DNA from: Trichosphaerium sp. ATCC 40318 | Taxonomy: Eukaryota; Protista; Tubulinea | Assembly: GCA_038496445.1 (NCBI GenBank) | Contig: JALMLS010000100.1 | Location: 124,001 to 188,000, forward strand | Length of the DNA stretch: 64,000 nt | Direction of reading: 5' to 3' | Shown: one piece after another, positions 1 through 13,068 of the stretch | Position numbering within the stretch: position 1 is the first letter of the stretch | Layout of the letters: every line of letters starts with the position of its first letter | Notes under the pieces: model-generated | What the model was told of the DNA's origin: nothing | The model's input: only the letters and a program-made list of their open reading frames with translations | Databases searched by the model: none | Program-made: the position numbers and the translations under genes

Positions 1-688
1 AGTGACATCGACATATTCTCCCGTAGTAGCTTTTTCTGGTTCAATAGATACAACAGTCGGCGCGTCTTGATATTTTTCAGTAAGAAAAAACAAAAAAAAA
101 GAACACTTGGTTGGTATTACCTAAAACGAACTCCTGCGATGTATTTGAATAGTGTACACCGTCATTAGACACTGTAAGCCTATAAGCTAACGAAAATACT
201 TGATCCTATTTACATTTTAGAAATAACGATATAATCAAAATCGCACGTGATATCAAACGCCGTACAAACAAGCGATAGTAAAAATAAAAAATAAAAAAGA
301 TAAAAGAAATTGTAGCACGTGCTTGTATATCGCGTGGAGCTGCACACTGAATAGTTGTAGCGCTTATAAATTGTGTAGCAATATCTACCACGTGACCAGA
401 TTCTATCTCTCAATAAGAAACGTCATGAAAACCAACAACAAAAACGTTACCTGTATTCGTAAACTGGCACCTAGAGAACTCGCTGTCTAAAAAATTTTCT
501 CCTGTGACTGTTAAGTGTGTAAATACCTTGGCGCGATTTGGTACAACACTAGAGAGTATTGGGGCTTGGTATTATTAGTTTTAGGCAATAGAGATCTTTG
601 TGAGCGTACGATCAGCACTGGCATTGGCTACGCCATGTAAACAGCATAGTACCAAAGAAAACAGGAGAGTATACGAACATAGCGCCAT
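1..688 (-). CDS. Secreted/surface protein with IPT/TIG (Ig-like) domain; 3' end lies outside the window
   Basis: ATG at 688 gives a signal peptide MALCSYTLLFSLVLCCLHGVANASAD. Spliced exons read PILSSVVPNRAKVFTHLTVTGENF..RCQF, FISATTIQCAAP and LTVSNDGVHYSNTSQEF, which match IPT/TIG motifs. Confidence 0.7.
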
Positions 689-1416
689 TTGGGCTTTGTT
701 CCTCTGTTGAGATTTTTCCTGGTGACAAAATCACATTGCTTTGGCTTAAACGTTGCTTCCCACAAACTTTTTTGTACCCTAGAGGATAGACATAGTCATA
801 TGTGGAATATACTTCGCGTTTTTGCACAGAAGTTACAGGTACTTCCGTTCTGACATTAAGCTACGATGTCAACAATCAATCCCACTGGATCAGTTCAGAA
901 TACAAATGTAATGCTGCTGGATGAGTTTCGACAATCCACACAGGTTGTTCTTGCTCTTAACTCGGTCCCTTGCAATATCCTCGCTCTTTGGATGAGTCGC
1001 ACTTAGCTACTACACGATTTCTTTATTCCGTCATTTTTTGTCATTGACATTAATAAACATTAGATTGCAAAATCGTTGCAACAAGCAAAGTACCCATAAA
1101 CCAACTAGAAATTGTCTTAACGTCGTAAATACAGGCCTTGTACAATAACTAGACCTTTAACAACTAATAGACAAACACGTGGAAGTGACTCAGATGTTAA
1201 CAACCACATGAATAAAGATTGTCAGTTGTCAAGTATTTATTTTCAATGATGGATTAGCTGACCAGTTCGCATCATATTTTTAACTGATAAATAAACTATC
1301 AATCAAGCTTTAGTGGGTTTCTTGACATAAAACGACAAGTTGGAGTTTACAATTAATTACATTTTATTGGTACAACTCCCGTAATGATCCGGAAGGGTTT
1401 TAACAATATTATGGCC

Positions 1417-2542
1417 CTATTGAGCACCGCTTACAGTTTCACTCTTCAGAGCATCAGCACCAAAAGCGTTTGAAAGCATAGCACGGTATTTTGGGCAAAT
1501 TGAAGAATCGTTCTTTATCTGGTTATTGAGAGCCTACAACAAATAGGTAAGAATATTTTCGTCTGAAAAAGAAGAAAAAAAAGCAATACGCACAGTGTAG
1601 CAAGCTGATCCTGAGCTGGCTTTCTTTCCATACATTGTAAAGAAGCCGAGTTTACGAGGAGTTACCTTGCCAGTCATTGGACAATAGATGTTGCACTGAG
1701 GGATTGGTTTGGAGTAGCAATGAAGAGTGATGGCTAAGAAAGTTTAAGCGAAAAAATTTGACCAAAAGTTCCTTGTGGCGTACCTGGTTTGTTGTTCATC
1801 GAGCGTACTTTATGTAATGCCAAGTCGTCGTGGATGAAAGCTACTTTTCCTTCATTGTAAGGGTGAGTAGCGCCTTCAGTAATTTTTCCACTTTCTGAAT
1901 CAATGTGACAGTGTACTTCCTCGATATCGCCTTCTAGTACGCACATGAAACAGTTTTGTCCACTAACGTGAAGGGTAAGTACCGAAAAAAAAAGTGGTGA
2001 TATTTTCTGGTGAAACGATTTTTTCAGAAAAAATAGTAAGCCCAAAGGATTGGGTATGGGATTATTTTAAAGGTGTACAAGTGCGTTTTATAAAACGTGT
2101 CAAGTGACATGAGTTATTTGGGGTACATTTTTTACCACGTGCTACTTGCTCTTTCTAAAAAAGGGAAATATTTGTAGCGCGTGGTAAAACCCAACACCCG
2201 AAATTATGGCAGTAAACAACCGTTAAACAATGCGAAGACACAAAAGAAATACCAATGGTACAGAAATAAGGTAAAAACCGAAAGGTTAACGCGTTTAAAA
2301 GAAGATGCGTACGAGTGGTTGTGTATTGGGCTTATTTGATTCGCACCCCAACAAATTAGCATCAATTCGTAATCTTCGTTTATTTCAATAAGGTTTCGCG
2401 AGTATTTGTGTGGGCAAAAGAATTTATATTTTTGCCAGTCATCATGTTTGGTGCTGTACGCAGCCATTAACTGGCGAACCTCTTCAGGGTCATATTTAGG
2501 TGTGCTAAGAAGTTTCTTGAGGTCTGAGAGTAGTGCTTCCAT
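1417..2542 (-). CDS. CDO1: Cysteine dioxygenase type I (multi-exon)
   Basis: Motifs YSRNLIE..YELMLICW...SPIHNH, QNCFMCVLEGDIEE, IHDDLALHKV and ITLHCYS. These contain the His triad and the Cys/Tyr cross-link positions of eukaryotic CDO. Confidence 0.92.
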
Positions 2543-2736
2543 TGTGAGTTGAGTTATAATATGAACTTGCTTGACCTGTCATCAGCGCTAGCCAGATTGT
2601 GTATTAGGCACGTATGCAACACAAAGGGCAGCATGCGATACAAAAGCGTAGCATGCAAAGTATTTAGTTGAAAAAAATTGCTTGTTGTAGTTTTTGTTTA
2701 TTGTACAATTTCTATGCAACTGTGGCCTTTTAGTGC

Positions 2737-3966
2737 TCAAGTACTACCTTCAAACGATAGTTCGGTTGTTTTTGAAGGTGAAAGAACCCATTTTACGCAT
2801 CTTATTAGCCACCTACGCATAAATTGGAATTCTAACCGGTGCAATAGTTTTTACGTACACTTGCCGCGTCTTTTTATTACGTATTTTAAATTTGCTCCAA
2901 TCCCAGTTTTCGCTTGGATAGAACTGGCCCAATATATAAGGCCAGTATACCACCAATCCAGCAGCTCCTTGCAAGCGTAGCTGTTGATTGGAAACGCGTT
3001 GCCTAGGCGAAAATCAGTACATTTTTGTGCAAAAAGTTTTGCTTACCAATCGCTTGGGCGCTTGATATGCATGGATACCTCCAATTCCTTTATGAATTTT
3101 TTTACATCAGGCATGTTCTTCCATTGCCTGTTTTTAAACTTTCTCAGCTCTGGACGACGCCTTTTTATCAATAATTAATAAACGTATGTCAATTGCATTG
3201 CAATAGCGTACTTGAATTTGAATTTCTTAATGTCCCAGTTCACGTATGGGTATACCTTGGTTAAAGCTTCGAATAAAGTAATATTCCTAAACGTTAAAAT
3301 GTCAGACAAGTTGACATGTACGATTATACTTTTTAATTATGCCTGTCAATCCGCCTACCCATGTAACGTCTTTGTACGCTATATCATACCAAGAGTCAAA
3401 TGTACAAAGGCCTAATTGCTCACCAATAGCTTCAAACCTAGTACGCTGGTTGTCTACCTCCTCCCACACGTACTTAGGCAGATTTCTTAAAGGGATTCAG
3501 CAAAAAAAAGTGACACTTGAGACGCACTTGAACTCTGTTATGTGCCATTCGTACTCAGGGTAGATTATTTGTAACGCTTTGAAAAGAGATCTATCGTATT
3601 GCCTTTGTGTAGCTCTTCAGTTTGGTGTTGACTTCATGAAACTTACCGTTTTGTGAGCCATGTTGCTCCTTTGTCTTCTAAGTCTTGGCACGTTATGTTG
3701 TGCCAATCAGAGATGATTTTTACATTCAATTTTGGTGCCAAGCGCTCCATAAATCGTCTGTGATACAGTGGAAGTGTTGGAGGAGCTTTTTCATAACGTC
3801 TGAATTTAAGCGGCCTGGTAGCGTAACATCTAATCGTATTACGCGAGGTGGAAGCTGCTTGACGCACTTTTTGTACTGTTAGCAAAGGATACGCAAGTAA
3901 ATCAAAATTACCTTCGTTACTGCTTGTTCGGGCTACATTGAAAGCACTTACGCATTTGAGCGCCAT
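2737..3966 (-). CDS. Uncharacterised helical-repeat protein (DW-x-V/I...SL-x-KAL-x3-YPE-x-W repeats), possibly mitochondrion-targeted
   Basis: Exons encode KLNVKIISDWHNITCQDLEDKGATWL, YDRSLFKALQIIYPEYEW and FYPSENWDWSKF. The N-terminus is Arg/Ala/Ser-rich. A paralog lies at 45659-47040. Confidence 0.6.
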
Positions 3967-4094
3967 TATAAGACGATTGCTACCATTTTGCTATTATGAC
4001 ACAAAACACGATGATAATACACGTTTACGCGTGGAGATGCGATAGGTAAACCAAAAACTGTATTTTATTTTGTTTCTGACACTTAATCTACAAA

Positions 4095-5369
4095 TCACTT
4101 GGCTTCTGAAAAATTTGTGTGACCAGTTTTCTTGGCATGTCCTTGAGCTCCTTTCTCTCCGATAACAACTACAGGAAAAAAAAACGTGTCACTACCATTA
4201 CACAAAGTAAGCTTATACCTGTATTACAATCGCCACAAAGCAGTTTAAACTGCGCTGTATTTGTGTAATTACCAGCCTGTACAAAAATTAGTTTGAATGA
4301 AAAACCTTTGGAGTACCTTGTGTAAGCCTTGTATAAGGCGCTCGACTTTGCCATAAGCTCCTGTGTCCAATGGCGAAAATTTTGTAAGGTCACAGTCCTT
4401 GTTTTGTGGAGCGGCTGTAAGTGCTACAGCGTCGTAATGTATACCGTCGTAAATCAAGTAAACACGTTGATTATAGCCCTCACCTGTTTTGTTGATTAGA
4501 AAAGCCCTAACAGCCCTCCAGTGATCTTACCTTCGCCGAAGATATTTGCTCTGGCGCTGGTTACATCAAAAGCGCAAATTTCAGATTTGTAGTGAGATGA
4601 AAGGATAGCAAGTTCGATAGAACCTCCCCAGCGATCTGGGTGTAAGATAAATTTTTTGTAGTCTGCTGTTGATCGGCCTAGGATTGCGCTGTTCCATTTC
4701 GTTGTATCTTTTGAAACTGTCGTTGCTATGAGTTGTCTCAAGTATGTTGTTTTAGTTGTGCTTTTAGCTTCTAAGACATAAGCTATTGCGTTGAATAGGC
4801 ACGAGTTATCATCAGGGATTACTCTTCTGACGGGTTTGTAATCACTTGGTGCAATGCCTGGAGTATTAGTGCCCCATTTAGCCGCTACATGCAGTTGTTA
4901 GATTGGTTGTTTTAAACGAATTGCCGTTAAACTGTACCGGCGTTACTTGGTTGTGCGGTTTGCGTTGGTGAAGTTGTAGATGTTGGAGCAGGACTACTAA
5001 ATTTATTTGGCTTTGATTTGATGTGGCTGTGTCGAGTACCTTGCAGCAACTTGTGTGAGGGTTAAGCTGTCACCTATAAAACATAATTAGAAATTAAATA
5101 CGTTAGGCGTGTTAAAGAGAGCTGGTAGTATTTACCTGTGCGTAGTATATCGGATATAGGGCCTGTACCGCTTATTGGCTTTGGTGGGTATCCACCTAAT
5201 ACTTTTCTGGCGTTAATATTTACAAATTCATGTACAACGTACGCTTTTGTTGAGCAACAGGCACTCCAGTCTTCTCTTCGATCAAAGCCTGAAACGCTGC
5301 AAACGGCGTTGTTGGATCAATGCCTCTCAGTTGTACGGCGCCTCCTTTGCTTCTAACACGGAAATTCAT
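4095..5369 (-). CDS. YOD1: OTU1/YOD1-type deubiquitinase (ubiquitin-like N-domain, OTU domain, C2H2 zinc finger)
   Basis: Motifs IPDDNSCLFNAI, WGGSIELAILS and LIYDGIHYDA. C-terminal CGDC...AQGHAKKTGHTNF. N-terminal MNFRVRSKGG...GGYPPKP. Confidence 0.93.
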
Positions 5370-5490
5370 GGTATGTTTAAACACGACTGTTTGTTGAATA
5401 GAGGTACAACTTAACCAGCCTCCGTTATGTCGATTGAACGAGCTGAATAGTGTATTGTCGTAGTAGTACTTATTGCACCGAAGTTACAGC

Positions 5491-6858
5491 ATGTTTCAAT
5501 CCCAACCGACTCGTTTATTCGCCCAAGGCGTTTGTACCATAGACGAAGGTAAAATGGTGCGTAAACAGATAGTAATTGGGTTTGTTGTGATGAAATTAGT
5601 TTGTGGTGGCTAGTTCCATGCTAACTGGCTCTGGTGGCGTACGTTTAGTGTCATAGTCTCGTTTATAGTGCATGCAACTGAAAACAGCGTTTAAGGGCTT
5701 GCTTAGCGTCTGGCAGTACTTCAACGGCGAATGCATGAACGCAGGCGAGTTACAAGTTGCAGGAGAAACAATTACATCTGTTACGGTTAATACGCGTAAG
5801 AAGTTAACCTACCACGGAAAACTAAGCTGTCATAGACCATACAACTCCCATTATCATTTGTGGCGCCTCTAATGGGTATCAAACTACTTTCTTGTTTTTT
5901 TTTCAAAAGCCATTCAAAAAAATCACGTTTTCTGTTCAACTGAGTTGACACTTGAGTGAAGGTACCTGTACTATTTTGCAAAGCCTAGAGATAGTATGTT
6001 AGATGCAAGGTTACTTTTCATGAAGTCTAACCACATGATGGGTATAACTTGTTTAGTATCACACGATGGTGAGCTTGATTGTATTTTTTCTATAACATAC
6101 TTTTTTGTAGACTTGGTCGTCAGTGGGAGTGAAGATGGCTATGTCTTCTTGTATAAAGTAAAATCATATCAGATAATACCAGAACCCACATCCTTGCATG
6201 TACACAGTGGTAAGTACATTAAAAATGTCCTAGAGATTGATAGTGACTGTTTTTACAAAGGTCCTTGTACTGCTTTAGCAGTGACATGTAATGGCAAGTC
6301 GCTTGTTACTATTGGTCAAAGAGACCGAGTACTTCGGTTATGGAATATAAAGGAATCAGGTCAGTGTAGCATCACTCAAATCGTTTCTCATTGGCGTTAG
6401 GTATTGCAAGCAAGCCAACAGTTACAATTAAATTTGAACACCCGCCTGTAAGTGTTGCTACTTCTCGTGTAGATCCCAATATAGCTTGTATTGGTTTTGA
6501 GGAGGATCATGGCATTGAAATTTGGGACTTGAAAAGTCAATCTATTTTGGGTATTGCTCTTACTAATAGCGGATCTATCAAGTACAAAAGGAAGAAACTT
6601 TCAAAAGTAATTAACTATTTTTTTAACAGACGTGTTAAGTTTTCGAAAAAGTCTTCTTGCTTTGTTGCCGGTACAGATAATGGGTCTGTTCAGGTTATAG
6701 ATTCTAAAACTACTAAAATAATATACGCTCAACGTATTGGTGATGACTATGTGCGAGGTATTGACTGGCTAGATGAAACAACAATTATTGCAACCTCTTG
6801 GCATGATCCAATGCCAAAGGTTTTTGATGTCGGTGTACATCAACCCAAGGATGATTAA
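5491..6858 (+). CDS. WD40-repeat protein
   Basis: Motifs LVVSGSEDGYVFLY, HSGPCTALAV...DRVLRLWNI, IEIWDL, FVAGTDNGSVQVID and VRGIDW. Confidence 0.8.
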
Positions 6859-7069
6859 TCTATGACCACCAATGCCAGTAAACCTGACGAAGTCACAACC
6901 AAGTCAACCTTGATGAATACTGAAAAGTAACGCCAAATATCGTTGTCAATCTGGTTGATAGAAGAAATGACTTGGATAAAAAAAACTTTATTTTGCAAGT
7001 TGTCAGTACATGTCGCTTTCTTCTACATCGAAAATTTTTGCTGTAGGTGGCTTTGAAAAGAACTAAGTA

Positions 7070-8131
7070 TTAAGTTAGTATCAGATAGATTTTATTTTTC
7101 GAAAGTCTCACCGAGTTCAATAAAAAGCTATCCCAGTCTTTGCCAATTATAAGTGACTTGTTTATAGGAATACAACATTCAATTCCTGAAATACCAGCAC
7201 TTTTTGCAGACTCCTGTGTGTTTAATACCGCTCTTGGGATACCGTTCTCGTTTACCACAAATGAACTGGCTTGTATTGTACTACTTCTTGTCGTCTTTTT
7301 TGTTACTGTATTCGTTTTTAGCTGAACAACAACATTGTCACTGAGTTGTCCTTTGCCTTCACATTATTAGCTAGGTTTATTGCTTCAATTTATAGTACCA
7401 TTAATTATGTTGTATTCGCCAAGGAATATGAATTTGATCGTTGTTGATGTACCCTCAGTAGTGATTCGCTTATAAGTAAACTGACCTTTTTCAACAGTCA
7501 TTAAATATCATCTGGTAAGTGAAAAGTGTGGCGTACCTTTCGCCAAGACTAATGTACATTTTGTATTTGGCCATGACGTGCCACGAGCGTTGCCTGTAAA
7601 TGTGCAATGCTCAATCTTGGCCAACAACATATATTGTTGTAGAGCTGAAAGTTTAATCTAACCCAATTTAAAAAAAGGTCCACCATAAAAAAACCGCACG
7701 TGTTTGCAAACGTATGCAACGCGTTTACTCCTGTAGTGTCTCACAAATGTGTCATCTATAGGTTTGTATATGTCATAGAGGTACTACCACAGGCGATTAT
7801 CATTGTTGTACGTACTGGTGAGGCTTTCAACAAGACGTGAAGTGGCAGAGAGATTTACTATGTCGAATATTGATAGTTTAAGTACAATAGCTTCAAAAAG
7901 CTCTGGAGGAAGCTCAGCCATGTGATTATCCCTAACTACATTTCTGAAACGCTTTTTAGCCTCGTTTTGTAATCGCTTTTTCTTTGCTGTCTCTATATCT
8001 CTGTGACGCGTTAAATTGGTATTGTGGAACGTTTTTTACCGTTGGATTTCTTCACCATTGGCATTTGGACCAGAAAGTGAATTACGTGCCCTTATTTTCT
8101 TTTTAGTGGCGCCCTTACGTTTTTTGAACAT
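7070..8131 (-). CDS. F-box protein (multi-exon, basic NLS-like N-terminus)
   Basis: MFKKRKGATKKKIRAR... splices to MAELPPELFEAIVLKLSIFDIVNLSATSRLVESL, an F-box consensus. The 3' end is approximate. Confidence 0.65.
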
Positions 8132-8275
8132 GTTGTCGACGCGCTCCGTTAGTTTGGTTCAGTAGAACGTTAACAAGATTGACTTAGTGCTTCACAAAAC
8201 AACTTTCTGTTCAATGTGTTGACAAAAAAGTGTTGGGTATCAACTACGTATATGCGGATTCCATCATGCATGTTG
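7394..8275. repeat. Local direct duplication, copy 1 (source of 12037-12738)
   Basis: Long co-linear near-identical blocks are shared with 12037-12738, e.g. an identical block of about 89 bp starting AGTACCATTAATTATGTTGTATTCGCC. Confidence 0.95.
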
Positions 8276-8603
8276 CCCCGAACCAGACCTTTAATTTCGT
8301 AACAAAGTGCTTATTGGTACTAGTTTGTTGTTTTTTTCTAAGGCTTGGTGCCAGGGTTCAACCACCAATTTGGTATTCGTTTAGCTTCAAACCCTTGAGT
8401 ATACAACGAATTAAGCTACCCAACCAAAGCTGTCAACCACGTGAAATGAATATAGCCGATGTCAAACACTTTCTACATGTAGAATTTCTCTCGCGAAATT
8501 AACAATCAATCAAGGACTGAAAAGAGGGATAAATAACATTTCTACAAGCTTCCTATCAGCAATACCTCTTGTAATTAACTACAAACCAGTGTATATCATA
8601 CCA

Positions 8604-10236
8604 ATGCAACCTAAAGCGAAAAGAGTACACAAACTACGCACATTTAACGTCAACGTTCTAATGAATTAAATAGGTAAACCAAGCAGTACCACCCCAAAAT
8701 CATATATTGAACCTTCCAATGGAGCTCCAACTGTACATAAGCGATTTCGATAGCGAAGTTTATGTAAATTGGCCGCTGCTATGTAAACGTGCAGCATACA
8801 CTCGCTTTGATGCTACCTTCAATAAGCATGGTAAATGGAAGAAGTTTAAAACTGTGATTGATCACCCCAATGTAAAAAAAATACTCGAACAGCACTTTCG
8901 ACACGGTAAACGCAATGGACAGTGTAAGCAATGGTATGAAAACGGTCAGTTAGAAATTCACTCCTACTACTTGAGCGATAAACTTGACGGGGAGTTCAAA
9001 TCGTACAGCGAAACCGGGCAGCTGGTATACAAACGCTATTTCAGTAACGGTAAACTAGAAGGAGAGTACAAGAGTTGGTATAATAATGGGCAACTGAAAG
9101 CGCTCTACAATTATATGAATGATAAACGAGAAGGAGAGGGTAATTGTTGGTTCAACAATGGGCAGTTGCAACAGCACAGCAACTATGTGAATGGTAAACT
9201 AAATGGGAAGTGCAAGCTATATTATATCAATGGGCAATTGACTCTCAAAGCACATTACCGTAATGGTATCCCACACGGAGAGTGCTATTATTGGCATGTC
9301 GGTGGCCAAATGCTAGAAAGCTGCTTTTTCTTTGAAGGAGAAAAGTGTCTAGACTACCACATTTGGTATGAGTCTGGTCAACTAAAGGAGCAATGTCTGT
9401 ACTATTATAGTAAAGTTGGCAGATTCACACGTTGGCATCCCAATGGCAACCTCCGCGAGAAGTATTTTCTACGCTCTGGTAAGAAAGACGGGGAGTACAA
9501 CCTTTGGTATGAAGATGGCCAATTGGACGTACATACTAATTACCAGAATGGACAAATAGTCGGAAATTTCAAACATTGGTTTAACAATGGGATATTGAAT
9601 TGTGAGCGTAATTACGTCAATGGTAAAACAGACGGAGAACAAAAGGAATGGACCAACGACGGCAAAATGGTTGAGCGTTCGTTTTGTAAAAATGGGGAAC
9701 TTCATGGAGAATGCATGCGCTACAACAATGGAAAGCAAACAGCGCTTTTTAGGTATAAAAATGGTAAACTGGATGGGGATACCAAGACTTGGTATGCGAA
9801 TGGCAAATTGGAAAGTCAGATCTATTACGACAATGGTGCGCGTTGTGGGGAGTACAGGCGGTGGTTTAGTAACGGTAAGTTGCGTGAGCATTGGCATTAC
9901 GTCAACAACAAATATGACGGGGAGTATAAAAAATGGCAGGAAAATGGGTTGTTGGAGGAACATTCCCACTATGTCAATGGTTACTACAACGGAGAGAGGA
10001 AAACATGGACAGCAAATGGTCAGCTTGATGCAATAGAGAAGTACAATAACGGTAAGCGTCACGGAGAGTGGAAAATATTTAAGGAAGGTGGCGAACCTGA
10101 CGAAGAGTTGTACTATGAAAATGATATTCTAAAGCGCAGAATATGCTATGAAGATGAGATCAAATGCGAATATGTGTATACAAAAACAGATGGCAAAACT
10201 CTAATGGAACGCTTTATATTGGAAGATACAAATTGA
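8604..10236 (+). CDS. F-box-like + MORN-variant (MORN_2/YwqK-type) repeat protein
   Basis: The N-terminus ILNLPMELQLYI...WPLLCK is followed by many W-Y-x-N-G-Q/K-L...Y-x-N-G-K-x-x-G repeats in one 1.5-kb exon. Likely start is ATG 8604 (MQPKAKR) with a short intron at 8625-8673. Confidence 0.85.
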
Positions 10237-10380
10237 TATTATACTTGGCGTGGTGAAAGTGTAAAACAAACGAATATGTAAAAGCTCGTTCGAATAAAAA
10301 TACAATTTATTAAATAAGTTGATTCATTATCTAATGACACTTTACTTGCAGGTAGTAATAGTACTGAAATCACGTTTCCT

Positions 10381-11907
10381 TTAGAGGTAAGGTATACCTA
10401 TGTGACCCCGTCCTGAAGAGTAGTCTATGAAATACCTTAAGAAATCTACACGACGAACTCGTGCTCTTTCAAGACGGCGACTAGTATCTTCAGAAAATTT
10501 AGGAAAGTACCTGGACTTTTCAACAAAATGAAGGGTTGCTAGTGATAGAAAAGCATCAACAGTAATTTGATCGCAGTTCTTAAGACCAATTGTATGAACA
10601 CCTGATAACGCTCTTACTCCTTCATCTGTCACTGCAGTACCATCAAGATTAATGGCATGCACTCCCTTTAGTGCTTTTATACCTTCATCTGTCACTGACG
10701 TACGAGCAAGGTCAATGGAATGAACACCTGCAAGTGCTTTGATACCTTTATCTGTCACCGAAGTGTCTCCAAGATGAATGCTATGAACGCCTGCAAGTGC
10801 TTTTACACCTTTGTCTGTGACAGACGTTGTTTTAAGGAAAACAGTATGAGCACCCTTCAGTGATTTGATACCTTCATCTGTTACTGCAGTTCCATTAAGA
10901 TAAATGGTGTGCACACCTGCAAGTTGTTTTAGACCTTCGTCAGTTACTGCACTGTTAATGAGGTTGATAGTATGAACACCCTTTAATGACTTGATGCCTT
11001 CATTTGTCACATTTTTGCAGTTCAAAAGGTCAATGGTATGAACTCCTGCAAGTGCTTTGATTCCATCATCTGTCACCAAAGTGGTGGTAAGATCAATGGT
11101 ATGAACACCTTTCAATGCCTTTAAACCCTCATCTGTAATTGTTCTACAACGATAAAGACAAATAGAATGTACTCCTGCAAGTGCCTTCAGATCGTTATCA
11201 TTGATGACTCCATCTTTCTTAAATTTTACTTTGTGGTTCCTTTTGAATGAAGTATCGATGTGTTTACATCCAGATAGCAATGAATACAAAGTATTGTTAT
11301 CAACATTCATAACAATGACACTGTTGTTCATGACACCTTTGTACTGTCTGATCTTTAAGATGTCAGGAATATCGTAAATATACACTCTTTCATATCCAAC
11401 AACATGATGAATGATATCAGCCATCAAACGACATGACTGAGCAACAGCAAATCTTGACTTCGCCTCTGTATGACTTAAAATCGTGGATATAACTTCTGGT
11501 GGGAAATTAAGAATGTTCACCACTTTAAGTGGACGAGTTTGTGTTCTTTTAAATTATACAATTGTTAGTAACTATTGCACTATCAGAACGTACTTTCTTA
11601 TTTGCTTGTGCTTTGGTAGCGACAAGTCCTCGGCGTGCGTCGCCAGCATAACTGTTGGTACTGTTGCCGAAGTTACATCTCTAGAATGTACTGTGTGCTT
11701 TTTGGGCGTAGAAGTCTCCGCATCTACGGTTTTAAACAGATATTGGTCAATTTGGTGTAAAAGGTTCTTGTTTGCAACGTTTAAGATATTTTCAAGCTGG
11801 TTTATGAACACTTTGCGTTGTATTGTGCTGATTTTACTAAACTCTTCTTTGTGGTTGTTGTGATAGTACGTGATTGCTTGATCCACTGAAACACCTGGTA
11901 AATTCAT
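10381..11907 (-). CDS. F-box + leucine-rich repeat protein (22-aa GVHTIDLxxTxVTDEGIKAL repeats), copy A
   Basis: F-box ILNFPPEVISTILSH...AVAQSCR plus about 10 LRRs. The upstream ORF MNLPGVSVD... joins it in frame through a phase-2 intron at 11546-11593. Confidence 0.88.
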
Positions 11908-12036
11908 CTGTTTGAGTCTGTTTCGTTGTAAAATAAAGATAGTACAAAAATAGAAATCAAGCTCATTGTTAAGTCGGTGTAATATTCTATACAATGATAG
12001 AACTGCTTGGATTTTCAATAATGAGCTGAATGTTCA

Positions 12037-12738
12037 AGTACCATTAATTATGTTGTATTCGCCAAGGAATATGAATTTGATCGTTGTTGATGTACCCTCA
12101 GTAGTGATTCGCTTATAAGTAAACTTGCCTTATTTCAACCATTATTTAAATATCAACTGGCATATTGTTTGTGGAGTATCTTGCGACAAGAGTATAGTGT
12201 ATATTTTGTATTTGGACATGACATACCTCGAGCGTTGTCTGTATATGTGCAATACTCAATCTTGGCCAACAGCATATATTGTTGTAGAGCTGAAAGTTTA
12301 ATCTAACCCAATATACAAAAAGGGGTCACCATAAAAAAACCGCACGTGTTTGCAAACGTATGTAATGGGTTTACTCCTGTAGTGGCTCTCAAATGTGTCA
12401 TCTATTGGTTTATATATGTCATAGAGGTACTACCACATTGTTGTACATACTGGTGAGGCTTTCAACGTGAAGTGGCAGAGATTTACTAAGTCGAATATTG
12501 ATAGTTTAAGTATAATAGCATCGGCATTTGGACCAGAAAGTGAATTGCGTGCCCTTATTTCTTTTTAGTGGCGCCCTTACGTTTTTTGAACATGTTGTCG
12601 ACGCGCTCCGTTAGTTTGGTTCAGTAGAACGTTAACAAGATTGACTTAGTGTTTCACAAAACAACTTTCTGTTCAATGTGTTGACATTATAGTGTTGGGT
12701 ATCAACTAGGTAATATGCGGATTCCATCATGTATGTTG
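12037..12738 (-). pseudogene. Decayed partial duplicate of the F-box gene at 7070-8131 plus its upstream region
   Basis: A 1-bp deletion gives an early TAA after MFKKRKGATKKK. An internal deletion removes the start of the F-box, and a splice donor is mutated (GTACGC to ATACTC). Confidence 0.8.
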
Positions 12739-13068
12739 AGATGATAGGATCGGGTTGCACCAACCAGCACACACTTCGTCATCAATTCGCCTTTTGCCCG
12801 AAAATTCTTCGGCGTTTACTTTTTATTTGACTAGAATTTTAGTAGATGGCTTCGTGAAAAGGAAACAAAAAATCCTAACAGCAATTCCAGAGACATTCAA
12901 TCTTTAATTTCCTTACTCTCTACGCTACAAGATGACGTACGAGGCTTTGGTTTCTTAAACGCGTTAAATTTAATTTAATATTCGCTAATACGCGTATTTA
13001 AGCGAAAACAAGCGTTATACGTTAACAAAAAGACACTTCTACAACATTTCTTGTTTAAATGTCATTAA

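Noticed and set aside
860-1030. Possible structured ncRNA (repeated TGGATGAGT, hammerhead-like words)
   Set aside because: No complete hammerhead core or snRNA/tRNA consensus could be assembled.
9469-10062. 197-aa antisense ORF and 144-aa alternative-frame ORF inside the MORN gene
   Set aside because: Shadow ORFs caused by repetitive codon structure; no recognisable motifs.
8707-10236. Interpretation as a bacterial YwqK antitoxin or bacterial contamination
   Set aside because: It has an F-box-like N-terminus, no toxin partner, a likely 5' intron, and is embedded among intron-rich eukaryotic genes.
7394-12738. Direct repeats as LTRs of an element carrying the MORN/LRR genes
   Set aside because: The repeats are exon/intron sequence of an F-box gene, with no TG..CA ends, TSD or transposition genes.
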